NCBI GenBank assembly: GCA_964016885.1
Contig: OZ024740.1
Location: 237,770,001-237,834,000, forward strand
Reading direction: 5' to 3'
Length of the DNA stretch: 64,000 nucleotides
From: Eledone cirrhosa
Lineage: Eukaryota
In this document: in pieces, positions 48,915-61,402 of the stretch
Layout of the letters: each line of letters opens with the position of its first letter
Position numbering within the stretch: position 1 is the stretch's first letter
Translations under genes and position numbers: made by a program
The notes under the pieces: model-generated
The model's input: only the letters and a program-made list of their open reading frames with translations
What the model was told of the DNA's origin: nothing
Database searches by the model: none

Positions 48915-50085
48915 TATAGTTTAACCCTAATTCCATTTTGATGTCAGCACTAAATATATATGCCATATCAACAAGAGAACCAAGTTGAGATTCATTCTTA
49001 CTATAAAGCTTGAGGTCGTCCATGAATAATAAGTGGTTAATTTTTTTGATAGTGATCTTTGAATTCACACACAGCTTTAGATTTTCTCAAAACCATTGTC
49101 AGTGGTATCATGCACAGTACAAATATCAGTTGGCATATACCTCTCTTGAATTTCTACTTTTCTTAAATTTCTTCCATATGCTGTCAGTTCAGTCTTCCAT
49201 ACTTTCATACTTTTCCTTAAGAATCATTAAACATTTGATGCAATACCAAATAAGTTAACATATTCCATAATTCAAGAGTGTGGAATCATGTCATATGTTT
49301 GCGGTAATCGATTCCCGCCATGATTAATTTGGTATCCTTATATATCTATCAAAGCTGGTCCTTGGTACATCTGCACTTATACTTGCACCCTTTCTGCTCA
49401 TCTGGTAGAACTCCATTTACTTCAAGATGCCCGTATATTGATTCTGCGATTATTCCAGTCAATAATTTCCACATAGATGGGAAGTATGTTATCAGTCTGT
49501 AGTTGTCTACTGCATCCCCTTTAGTAATATCTTTTAAGCACAAAACTATCCTGTCCTTTGTCAACCACTTCAGTATCAATTGATCAGCATTTATCAATGT
49601 ATTGAGTTGTTCAGTTATTCATTCATGGCATTGACTACATGCTTTGATCCAGTAGCCTTGAACTCCATCGTGTCCCGGAGACTGCCAGCTGCTCATCTTT
49701 TTTCTGGCTTCCTTCATGTCCCTAGCTGAAATGACTAGTTCTGCCTGTTATGGGCAAACTGTTGTTTGAAGTTCTTCCAACTATTCAATGCCCTTCTTGC
49801 GCTCCTCTTTACTCCAAATGTCACTCCAAAACTTTTGACTTTCAATGTTATCCGCGTGGAAGATGGGCGTTAAATTAAACGAAGATGATGATGATGATGA
49901 TGATGAATCACTTCGTCTGTACACTCTCCATTTATTTCTTGGTAAAATCTCTTTTGGTCAACTCTGAATAGTTTATCATATCTAACTAGCTTTGCTTTTT
50001 TTGCTGAGACGTTGCTTAGGTTCCTTCATTACTACTTTTAGGTCTTTTCTTTCAATGCCATAGTTTCTTTCCAGTGCTCTGTATT
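48915..50085 (-). mobile_element. R4-like non-LTR fragment (RT region)
   Basis: NHLLFMDDLKLYSKNESQL; KDITKGDAVDNYRLIT...PDEQKGC...TKDQL. Confidence 0.8.
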
Positions 50086-51170
50086 CCCGCCCTCCTCCTT
50101 TAGCCGGGAAGGGCAGGCAGGTTTTATCTGTCTGGTGGCCATGGCAAAAGAGATAGTATGGTGGACACGTTTGAAAGGGCTGAAGACGGTCACTTACCTC
50201 TTCGGTGATACCCTGATTGACTTTTTCAAATTTCATTTGAAAAGGAAAATCAGAGTAGAGAGGGAAGTGCTCTCTTCCCAGCATGTTGTTGAAAGATGGG
50301 TGAGAGAAGCAAGTATGGCCCGAGTGAATGGGCCTACTCTGAGTATGTATCTGTAAATTAAAGGTGGAAAACTGGGAGAGGGCACTTGCCTTGGTGGTCA
50401 GGGTCACTGTGGCCTTTTACTGGGCTTTCTCCACAAATGTCCCTCCGAAGTCTGGGGAATTTTTCATTGTTATTTTTTGTTACATCCTCTGTTTTTGTTT
50501 TTTACACGCAGAAATACCCATTTGTACCGTCCTGTATTGTCCTGCACTGTCCTTAATGTCTACTTTATGTAAACCCTTGTGGTTAATAAAGAAATCATTA
50601 TTATTATTATTATTATTATTGTTGGAAGTTATCCATAGGCCTGGCAGTGCTATCGGGGAGCGCTGCCGGTTCGAGATAAGCTCTACAGGCACGGAAGTGC
50701 CGTCAGCCGAGCCTGTCCGAGATGCGCGCATAGCGACGAAACCGTTGTGCACGCATTCGTTCAGTGCCCTAGCATTGCTGACTTGTGGAGCTATGTCGAA
50801 CAGTTGCTGTCGCGTGTGGGACTGATCCGGTTGTCGACTGAGTCCATTGTGCAGATGGTCTCGCCATCTTCCTTCGAGGAGGAAGGGCAGGCGGTTTTCA
50901 TCTGCCTGGTGGCCATGGCGAAAGAGATTGTGTGGTGGACAAGGTTAAAAGGATTAAAGACAAACACTTTCCTCTTCGGCGAATCCCTAATTAACTTTTT
51001 CAAGTTTCACTTGAAGAGGAAAATCAGGGTGGAGAGGCAAGTGCTGCTTTCTAGCAAGTTTGTTTAAAGGTGGGTGAATGTAGCGAGAATGGTCCGAGTG
51101 AACGGGACCACTCTGAATATACGTCTGTAGTTTGAGAGATGGAAAAATTGAGAGAGGACAATAGACCAGG
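50086..51170 (+). mobile_element. Two L1/Tx1-like 3' fragments (50086-50620, 50621-51170)
   Basis: zf-RVT-like C..C...DETVVHAFVQC, AKEIVWWTRLKGL...FFKFHLKRKIRVER; first copy ends AATAAA plus (ATT)n. Confidence 0.75.
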
Positions 51171-51630
51171 GGATGTCCAAGGAGGAAATAACAACAAGGA
51201 GAAAGAGCAGCCTTCATGAAAAATCCCTTCATAGTACTTTCTTTGAGGAAACTGAATTCAGAGATCCACAGACATGGAACTGGTTGAAAAGAGGAGACCT
51301 TAAAAAGGCTACAGAAGGAATGTTAATGGCTGCGCAAGAGCAGGCCCTCAAAACGAAGTGGTTGAAACACCATATTTACAAGGAGGAGGCTAGCCCACTG
51401 TGCAGGATCTGTGGAGAGAGAGAGGAGACTGTGGCTCACATTGTATCCGAGTGTAAACACCTAGCCCAGACTCACTATAAGGGCTGGAGACATGATGTGA
51501 TGGGCAGGGTGATCCACTGGCACCTATGCAAAGTAAACAATTTACCACAGTCTGAGAAGTGGTATGAGCATAAGCCAGAGTCGGTGATAGAAAACGATCA
51601 GGTGAAGGTGCTGTGGGATTTTAGGATACC
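51171..51630 (+). mobile_element. R4-like C-terminal fragment
   Basis: WLKRGDLKKATEGMLMAAQEQAL...CRICGEREETVAHIVSEC...RHD...VLWDF. Confidence 0.85.
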
Positions 51631-52870
51631 AATTCTTTTGATGGGGCAGGTCAAAATGCTTACACATTATCCAATGTATGTATTGTGCAGCTCTGTTATG
51701 CCTGTTTAGGTATTCGGTTGGAGCTATAGAACTGCACATTGAAATTATATGATCAATGGTCTCTGGTTGTTTTTTACATACACGGCATAATGGGTCGCAT
51801 CCATTTTTTATTATGTTGGCTTGGTAATTTTTTGTTGGCAGACACTGATCTTTTGCTGATATAATCAGTCGTTCAGTCTCCTATTTCAGTCCAGAGGATG
51901 CCAACCACTGATGGGTTAAAGTTTTGTCAACATCAGGATTGTTAGTTCTTTCTGGGTATTTTCCATACGAAGGCCTTTCTTGCCATTTCCTAGCCAGTTT
52001 CTGTACCAGTTCTTTCTTTGCAGTTACTTTTACCTGCTTTGCTTTTTCTGTGTTTTCCATTTCAGCAGTAAATGGGTCTTCTGACATTTGTAATCCATTA
52101 CTGTATCTTTGTGCATCTTTTGTAATGGAGTATGATCTTTTGATGCTTTCGTGTTTCAAAACGAGTTTGATCATCCAAACATGTGATTCCCTTAGATATG
52201 TAGATACTCCAAATTGTTGCAGTTTTCAACGCAATATGTAACTGGATTAACCCACGTCCTCCTTCTTTCCTAGGGAGACATATTTTATCTGTATCTGCCT
52301 TAGGGTGATGTATTCTGTGCATGCTTAAGAATTTTCTAATTTTTGTATCGAGCCTACGGATCTCTGTGCTTGACCAATTGATGACATTGTAACTGTAGGT
52401 TACTACTGGTATGGCAAGTGTGTTTATGGCATCGATCATATTCTTTGCATTCAATTCCGTTCTTAAGATTGATCTTACTCTGCGGTAACATTCCTTCCTT
52501 ATCCTTTACTTCATTGTTGAGTGCTTGATTCCGTCTCCTTCACAAACACCTCGATATTTGTAAGTTTCCTCTTGATCAAGTTCTCTTATCACATTCCCCC
52601 GATCAAGATTAATGTCTGAACTTCTCAGCAAGTTTCCTCTGGTGAACGTTGCTTTGGCGCATTTATCTAGTCCAAACTCCATTTTAATGTGATCACTGAA
52701 CTGCTCCACAGTGGATAATAGCCCTTGCAATTGTTCATCATTTTTTGCAAATAGTTTCAGGTCATCCATGTAAAAAAAGTGATTAATGGTTTTGTCATAG
52801 ACTTTATATCCATGTTTTGTTTCATTGAGCATTTTACTTAATGGTATAAGTGCGATGCAGTATAAAAGCG
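51631..52870 (-). mobile_element. R4-like fragment on the opposite strand (RT to zinc knuckle)
   Basis: NHFFYMDDLKLFAKN, FGLDKC, RKEGGRGL, THQWLASSGLK, RHNRAAQYIHW. Confidence 0.85.
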
Positions 52871-52944
52871 GTAGCGATGATGGAGTGGTGATGGTGGTGA
52901 TGGGGGTAGTAGTACTGTAGATTATTATTATTATTATTATTATT

Positions 52945-54146
52945 CCATCTGCTGCCAGCACCCTCTAAGCGGAGGGTTGGGCATGCCGTGGCTAATGATG
53001 CGCAGATATACTCTGAGGCAGCAACATCTCCAGATATTCTGCCTAAACGGTGAACAGGTGTGGTCGCCGTTTATCAGATGGGCCTTTCCGCAGCTCGTTT
53101 CTTTGACTGAGCTGCAGTCCTGGGTCAAGAATAGACCAAGACTGGGGTGACTGGCACCTGGAATGTTTCCAGGCACTCACTGCCCTCTACCAAGCGGGCA
53201 ATGCGATCAGTGGAACTTCCACTCTCCAGTTCTATAGAGGATTAGTGGTGGGCAAGTGCGATGACGCACTCGGAGAAGCTTTAAGCCTCGGCGAAGTCGA
53301 ACTGACCAGTCTGTACCGGAGGAATTTAGAGCCGGGGATGATGGACAATTTCCAGAAATCCCTTGCTTGGCAGTGCTACCGGGGGGCACTGCCGGTTCGG
53401 GATAAACTCTACAGGCACGGAAGTGCTGTCAGACGGACCTGCTCAAGATGCGCACAGAACGACGAAACCGTTCTGCACGCACTTGTCCAATGTCCGTGCA
53501 TTACTGACTTGTGGAGTTATGTCGAACAGCTACTGTCGCGTGTAGAACGGATCCGGCTATCGGCCGAGTCCATAGTGAAGATCGACCCGCCGCCATCCTT
53601 TGGTCAGGAAGAGCAACCAATTTTCCTCTGTCTGGTGGCCGTTGCAAAAGAGGTTATATGGTGGACCAGATTGAAAGGACTGAAGACAGACACTTTTCTC
53701 TTCGGCCAATCCCTCATCAACTTCTTCAAGTTTCACCTGGAAAGGAAGGTGAGGGTGGAGAAAGAAGTGCTGCCCCCCCCCCCCCAGTTCATTTGCTAAA
53801 AGGTGGATGAATGTGGCGAGAATGGCCCATGTGAATGGGCCTACTCTGACCATGCGCCTATAGGCTAGCTAACTTGAGGAGAGGGGTGCTCTCCCTGGGT
53901 GCCCTAGAAGCACAGGGTGGTTCAGGATTGGTGGGGTACCTGAGTCACCCCTGGGTCGTCCACCCCCTATATGGGAATTTATTTTGTTATATTTATGCAT
54001 AGTTTATTTTATATTTTTATATCTTCATTGTTAAATTAGTTTTGCCATTGTGCACTTTTACTCGACCTTATTGTAAACCCCCACTGTCCCTGTCTTTGTA
54101 TTGTCAGCCCTTGTGGCCAATAAATGAAATCATTATTATTATTATT
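52945..54146 (+). mobile_element. L1/Tx1-like 3' fragment flanked by (ATT)n on both sides
   Basis: LAWQCYRGALPVRDKL...CSRC...ETVLHALVQC; 3' AATAAA plus (ATT)n at 54119-54146; (ATT)n at 52921-52944. Confidence 0.8.
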
Positions 54147-55400
54147 GTACATGCCATATAGCTTTGTCTCTATCATAAAAATTGAGTTCCCTTTAGGCTC
54201 TACTGATACTATAGAGTGTATACACAAAGAGATGATTATTCTCACAGAACCTTACTTAATTCTTCCTCTTAACTTCAACCACCTTGGTAATTCCTAACTA
54301 TTTCTATTGCTTTCTATAATCTGAATTTTCATAAATTTGAGGTGGCATCAACGACATTAATTTTACTTAGCAGACTCTATACCACAATGAAGAAGTATCG
54401 GGAAAAAACAACACTTATTAAGAAAACAAAATAATTTAAAATTCTTCAATCTAGGAAAAAATGTTTACCAGGGAAACCTTTCTATAAAATTTCCCAAATT
54501 TTAAAAGCTTTATTTTGATTGATTCATTCGAATCTATTTGGAGAAGAAAAAATATGAAATGTTGGTTGTTCTGCCACTCATAATAGAGGGAAAGAGAGAA
54601 GAAGAGAAAGGAGGAGAAAAGGGGAGAGAGAGAGAAACTAAAAATGTTTAAACAGAAACAAATTTTCTGTAAACTTCTGGATACATAAATTCATAACACA
54701 ATGGGTCTCTCTAGTTCTCTTTTGCCCACACTCTCTCCATATCTCTCTCTCTCTCTCCCCTCTCTCTCTCGAATTATTTGCTATTCAATTATTATGTAAG
54801 GGTTTCTCTTGTAGAAATTGTATATATGTTATATATATATTGAAACAGGAGTAGTTTCTCTCTCTTTCTCTCTTTCTTTCTCTCTCTCTCTCTGTCTCTT
54901 CTCTCTTTCGCTTTCTCTCTCTTCTCTCTGTCGCCTTTTTTCTCTCTTCTCTCTCTCTCTATTCTGTCTCCCATCTCTGCCACCCCTCCTCCCACCTACC
55001 CATCATCTCTCTCCAAACTGAACTGAAACCTGAAACACAACTTTCAAAAAAAAAAAAGATAGGAAAAGAAAGTATATCTAAGGTTTATATACCATGCTAA
55101 TGACCAACGAGACAGAAATACACCTATGGTGTCCTCGGCCCTAGGGCTACCTCCCTACTCACCACCATAGGCGCTGAGCTGGCCAGCTGCAGGTGAGAAA
55201 CCCGTGAGTTGGAGTGGCTTTTCCAGCACGTCCCCCTTGCCGTCCCCTGGGGAAACGCCTCCTCCTTCCTGTCAGCCGGGGATGTGGGGGGTGGGGGGCA
55301 TCGCGTAACATTCCATATTTAAGTAAGTAAAAGTAAATATGTATGTCTGTTAAAATCTTGTGAATTTCTTTAGTGTTTTCATCACTAAAACATTGTTCAT

Positions 55401-56469
55401 AGTATAAATATGGTTTTAGTGAAATGACAGTATAAATATGGTTCTAGTGAACTGGCAGTATAAATATGGTTATAATGAAGTGACAGTATAAATATGGTTC
55501 TAGTGAAATGGCAGTATAAATATGGTTTTAGTGAAATGACAGTATAAATATGGTTCTAGTGAACTGGCAGTATAAATATGGTTATAATGAAGTGACAGTA
55601 TAAATATGGTTCTAGTGAAATGGCAGTATAAATATGGTTTTAGTGAAATGACAGTATAAATATGGTTCTAGTGAAATGGCAGTATAAATATGGTTTTAGT
55701 GAAATGGCAGTATAAATATGGTTCTAGTGAAATGGCAGTATAAATATGGTTCTAGTGAAATGACAGTATAAATATGGTTTTAGTGAAATGACAGTATAAA
55801 TATGGTTCTAGTGAAATGACAGTATAAATATGGTTCTAGTGAAGTGACAGTATAAATATGGTTCTAGTGAAATGGCAGTCTAAATATGGTTCTAGTGAAA
55901 TGACAGTATAAATATGGTTCTAGTGAAGTGACAGTATAAATATGGTTCTAGTGAAATGGCAGTCTAAATATGGTTATAATTAGGTGACAGTATAAATATG
56001 GTTCTAGTGAAATGGCAGTATAAATATGGTTCTAGTGATATGACAGTATAAATATGATTCTAGTGAAATGACAGTATAAATATGGTTCTAGTGAAATGAC
56101 AGTCTAAATATGGTTCTAATGAAGTGACAGTATAAATATGGTTCTAGTGAAATGACAGTATAAATATGGTTCTAGTGAAATGGCAGTATAAATATGGTTC
56201 TAGTGAAATGACAGTATAAATATGGTTCTAGTGAAATGGCAGTATAAATATGGTTTTAGTGAAATGACAGTATAAATATGGTTTTAGTGAAATGACAGTA
56301 TAAATATGGTTCTAGTGAAATGGCAGTCTAAATATGGTTCTAATGAAGTGACAGTATAAATATGGTTCTAGTGAAATGGCAGTCTAAATATGGTTCTAGT
56401 GAAATGACAGTATAAATATGGTTCTAGTGAAGTGACAGTATAAATATGGTTCTAGTGAAATGACAGTAT
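55401..56469. repeat. 28-bp minisatellite, ~38 copies
   Basis: Unit agtataaatatggttctagtgaaatgac. Confidence 0.97.
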
Positions 56470-56583
56470 TTATGACTTAACTACGTAGTTCGCTTTTTTT
56501 TTTTTACATTCTTCATAAAGTGGATTCAAATGGACCAATCAAAATAGAGCTTTTTGAAGTAATGAATCTTCACCATTATAAAT

Positions 56584-57868
56584 GACATACAGGAAAGGCT
56601 TGCTTGTTTCTTTACTGGTTACTGAATGTTGTGTATAAGGAGGTTCCAATATAGTTCAACCTCAATATGACTAAGTCATGATAGGATTTTCTGAGTTTCA
56701 TAAGCTGTTATCATATAGTTTTGTATCATTTTTTATTATATGAGCCAGACTTAAATATGGTGAGACTCAGAGCTACAAAATACTTTAGGAGCCTTGCCTG
56801 GCAATTTTTCAATTAGAAGCAATGTCTACTAAGATGTAAGAAAGGAAAAATAATATGTTGTGTTCTCCTATAGGTATACACACACTGAAAAATATGGTCC
56901 TAACTGAAACAAAGGGACAAAAACTTAATAACCTGTAATACCCTGTAATGATTTAGCTAAAAATATCTAAAAATAAGTTTGTTAATTTAAATGTTTGTAG
57001 TATCTTTACAAGAGGAAATTGTGAAAATTGGCAATAAACAAAAGTAAAGACTAATTTGATATTTTTAAGTTGCTGTCGTAGTGCTGTTTTCTACTTTTCA
57101 AACATACTAATTGGTTTTACATGTGGTACAGAGTATTAAGAGTTAAACAAAGACAATTTTTTTGTAAACAGATCTGCCAACTTCTAAAAACCCAAACAGG
57201 TAGTACCATGAAAAAAAGTACCCCAAAATGGGGAGAAATGAGGCAAAAATAGGGAGATTTTACATAATTGTTTCTACTTTAGGCACAAGGCAAGCAATAA
57301 TCCAGTGCATTACTGGTACTTTATTTTATCGACCCCGTAAGGATGAAAGGCAAAGTTAACCTCGGCGGGATTTGAACTCAGACTGTAAAGGGACGTAACT
57401 ATGCTAGAAAGCATGGCGTCCGACTCTCTACCGATACTGCCAATTCCCCGCATGAAAGCTATACCCATTTTCACAAGAGAAGACATCTCTCACCCACCCC
57501 AAAGACTATTGCAAATCTCCCCATTGGACAGGGAAGGTTGACAGGTCTGTTCTAATAAATGGACACAAATTTTCCATTAACTTCTGGATTCATAAATTCA
57601 TAAGTTTAGATTGTCACTATGTGACATACAGGGAAGGCTTGCTTGTTTCTTTACTGGTTACTGAATGTTGTTTATAAGAAGGATCCAATATAGTTCAACC
57701 TCAATGTGACTAAGTCATGATAAGATTTTCTGTGTTTCATCAGCTGTTATCATACAGTTTTGTATCATTTTTGATTATATGAAAAATATGTATGATGATG
57801 CTCAGAGCCAGACTTAAATATAGTGAGACTCAGAGCTATGAAATCCTTTAGGAACCTTGCCTGGCAAC
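56584..57868. repeat. Direct duplication of a ~220-245 bp segment (56584-56805 and 57623-57868)
   Basis: gacatacagg.aaggcttgcttgtttctttactggttactgaatgttg...ccttgcctggcaa present twice. Confidence 0.85.
57265..57445 (-). mobile_element. SINE family A copy (diverged relative at ~58905-59105)
   Basis: Reverse complement of family A head, B box and core. Confidence 0.85.
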
Positions 57869-59661
57869 TTTTAGCAGAGAATAAAGCTATGTAACAACTG
57901 AACTTGGCAAGATAGCCATTGGGAAGCATAAAACATTTATGTTGTCTGAAGGCGGTGTATGATCCAAGGAAATCCAGGTCTATCTTCTGATGGTACAATC
58001 CTCATATACACAGACAAGGCTGAATAACTCTCTTGATGAAAGGAGCACTTTGAAAAGTTACCTTTTAAAATTGCCTTTAATCCAATTTCAAGCATTTATC
58101 ATCCATTTTCCTTGTAAGGGTTGGTCGGTTGATTTAGTGATAATGTTAATTTTCGTTAATTAGGTTTATTAGATGAAATCATTATTAAATATATGAAGCC
58201 TTTTCAGACAAAGAAGTTATAAACTGTAGCTTGTTGAACTTATGCTTAAATCTGAGCCAGATGATGTTGTTTAATGTCATCACTGAAGAGGTTTACTGTG
58301 AGCTGTATTGGCCAAGGTAAATGACATAGGTAAATAGAAATATTTGTTACAAAACTAAACTTAGTTTCTCTCTATATAGTAATGTTGACATTTCACTGTT
58401 TCACCACTTGCACCACTTCAAAGTTCTAATGGCAACATGTAACAAACAAATCAGATTTAAAGATTTCTTCTTTCATCTCTGCTGTTTTCTTCATCAATTT
58501 GTCACTAGTTCATTGGGTGAGGGTTGGATAGGATTTACACAGTTCAGTAAGTTAAAAAAAGAACTCACAGCTGAATTTTATCACAGTTTACATGATAGTT
58601 AGAACTTTTAAACTCATTCTCTCTTATAAACACATATATACACCAGGTCTAAACACAAGAGAACCAAACTCCTACTGTCACTGCCTCCATCTCTCCTCAT
58701 CTCTCACTATTGTGAACAAATGGGGGCCCATGCATTAGCTGTCCCGCAGCCCCGGTGTACAGAATAGAGAAGGCATTTCCCTGGAGCTTGGTGAGGGAGA
58801 CACGCTAGAAGAGCCATTCCAGCTCATGTACTGAAGTCAGTATAATTGATTCCCCTTCCCTCAAAATTCAGTTAGAACTAAAATTCCATTTTTGATGGTT
58901 TCTAATATAGGCACAAGGCCAGAAATTTTGAGAGAAATGGAAATCAATTATATTGACTTCAGTACATATCTAGTGTTTTATTTTATTGACCCAAGAAGGA
59001 TAAAAGACAAAGTTGATCTCACCAGTATATGAACTCAGAATATAAAGAATTGGAACAAATGCTGCTAAACATATGTCTGACTCTCACCACTCTGCCAGTG
59101 TCACCACCCTTCTAATGTTAATAATGAGATCTCTACTTTTTTCTTAAGGTCATCACTGTTAGTGACATTCATTTGCTGTGATGATTTAACATGCTGAGCC
59201 ACACATATACAATAGTTTCGTTAACTTTTCCCCTCACCTTCTCTTCCTATATTCTGTATGTGAGTGAGTGAAGGAGGGAGGGAGAAAATGTGTGTGTGCA
59301 AATGAGTTTATGTGTGTATGTGTGTGTGTCGTGAGTAGAGAATGAGCGTCTGTCTGTGTGTGAAGAGAATGAGTGTGTATGTGCCTGTGGACTGTAGACC
59401 TTTAAAACCATACCATTGAAGTGATCACTTCTCTCTCCATTCTACATCCTTTATTACCACTGTCATCAACATGAATCAGAAGAAAGTTGAATATATTTTG
59501 AACGAAATTTGGGTGCTGTTTCTAGCAAATCAAACGACCATGTACACATTCCCTTATTAACTCTATATGACATATATGTGTAAGTACAATTGCTACCGCA
59601 AAAAAACATTGCATGCATGCAAGCATCGATGTAAAATGTGACACACACATATTTGGATATA

Positions 59662-59972
59662 TCATCATCATCATCATCATCATCATTTTACATCCGCTTT
59701 TCCCTGCTTGCAAGGGTGGGACGGGAACTGATTCTGGCTTGATTTCTACAGCTGGATGCCCTTCCTAACACCAACCTCATTTACAGTGAGTGCTGGGTGG
59801 TTTTTTGCCGTGGCACCTCCACGACCACTTTGCAGTGGAGTGATATGGACCCCAGTCCTATCATCTCATTTCTACAGCTGAGTAAACTGGAGCAATGTGA
59901 AATAAAGTGTCTTGCTCAAGGAAACAACACATCACCCGGTCTGAGAATTGAACTCACAACCTTTTGATTGCA
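59662..59972 (-). mobile_element. SINE family B copy, head partly truncated
   Basis: Closely matches 11638-11925; (GAT)n tail. Confidence 0.85.
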
Positions 59973-59996
59973 ATATATATATATACTATATATATA

Positions 59997-60055
<59 letters not shown>

Positions 60056-60058
<3 letters not shown>

Positions 60059-60380
60059 TCATCATCATCATCATTTTATGTCCGCTTTTCCCTGCTTGCA
60101 AGGGTGGGACGGGTCTTATTCAATACAACATCTCTCCACTTGTCAAGGTCCTTCGTCATCTCCACTGTGAGCTTCAGCGATCTGACGTCTGCTCTCACCA
60201 CCTCTGCCCATGTTTTTCGTGGTCTTCCTCTACTACGTCTTCCTTCAACTGGCATGTCTTGGCACTTCTTCACCCATCGGTCATCCTCCATGCACCTCAC
60301 ATGTCCATACCATCGCAGTCTCCTCTCTCGCACACTACAATTTATCCCTCTCAGACACAGTTTCTCTCTCAACACATCCA
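60056..60380 (-). mobile_element. RTE LINE family B, short 3' fragment
   Basis: [12 protein letters not shown]...RGRPRKTW...PTLASREKRT; (GAT)n tail. Confidence 0.88.
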
Positions 60381-60871
60381 TATATATATATAGTGTATTG
60401 GTGTGTAATGTTTAGTTACTGATGGTTCATACGACATCCGATACCTGAACTGAAGGTCTGCTGTGTGAAGGGTTCAGCATGGCCAACTGGCCAGTCCATC
60501 CTCATAGCAGTGCCATCCAGTCCCAGGCTCCTAAAATGGTGTTTCGTATTGAGAAGTGTTCATCACATGGAGAGTGCCTGGCTCCGAAATTGGAGTGCCA
60601 CTGTGCGAAGGGTTCGGCGCAGCCAACTGGCCTTTCCCTCCACATAGTGGTGCCACCCAGTGCCAGGTTCCCACACTGTGGTTCCACACCTGTCCTTCCT
60701 CATAGTGGTGTCATCCAGTACAAGGCCACAAAACTATGGCTACTCTGTGAGATGGGTTAGGCTCCTCATATCAGTGATGTCCAGTACCAGCCTCCAACTG
60801 GTCCCTCCATATAGTGATGCCATCCAACGCCAGGCTTCCAAATTATGGTTCCCCACCTCAGAAATGTTTGT

Positions 60872-61232
60872 TGCTCCTACAAGACAATGCAAGACCACAT
60901 ATTATCCAAATTACACAGAACAAAATTTTTACATTTAATATGGATTTGCCTCATCTTCCGTATTCATATGAGCTTTCTCTATCAGATTATCATCTTTTCA
61001 GAGCATTGCAGCATATTCTAAATGGAAAATAGTTTACCAATCGAGAAGAGGTAAAAATGGACAATCTGAAGACTCTTATGCTAGAGGGATCAACAACTTG
61101 CCAGTCAGATGGGATTATGTTATTAAAAATGAGGGAAAAGATTATCTTGATTGAATATATCTATCATGACCAAATAAAAGTTTTTTTCCTTTCCTTGTCT
61201 AAAATGTGACAGGACTTTGATTCCAACCTAAT
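60872..61232 (+). mobile_element. Mariner transposase relic with probable right TIR
   Basis: LLQDNARPH...PHLPYSYELSLSDYHLFRALQ; ends ggactttgattccaacctaata followed by TA. Confidence 0.8.
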
Positions 61233-61367
61233 ATATATATGTGTGTGTGTGTGTATATATATATCAAAGTTAGAACTATATTAAGTCATATCTCATTCGA
61301 AATGTTTGTAAGGGAATAAATACAGTTTTTTTTTTATGAAAGAAGATTAATTTTCCATTAATACCTT

Positions 61368-61395
<28 letters not shown>

Positions 61396-61402
<7 letters not shown>

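Noticed and set aside
55401-56469. 28-bp repeat as a CRISPR array
   Set aside because: Contiguous tandem units without spacers
58028-58070. TTGATGA-aagg agca cttt-GAAA hammerhead-like motif
   Set aside because: No stem I pairing and an uncompensated C3U change
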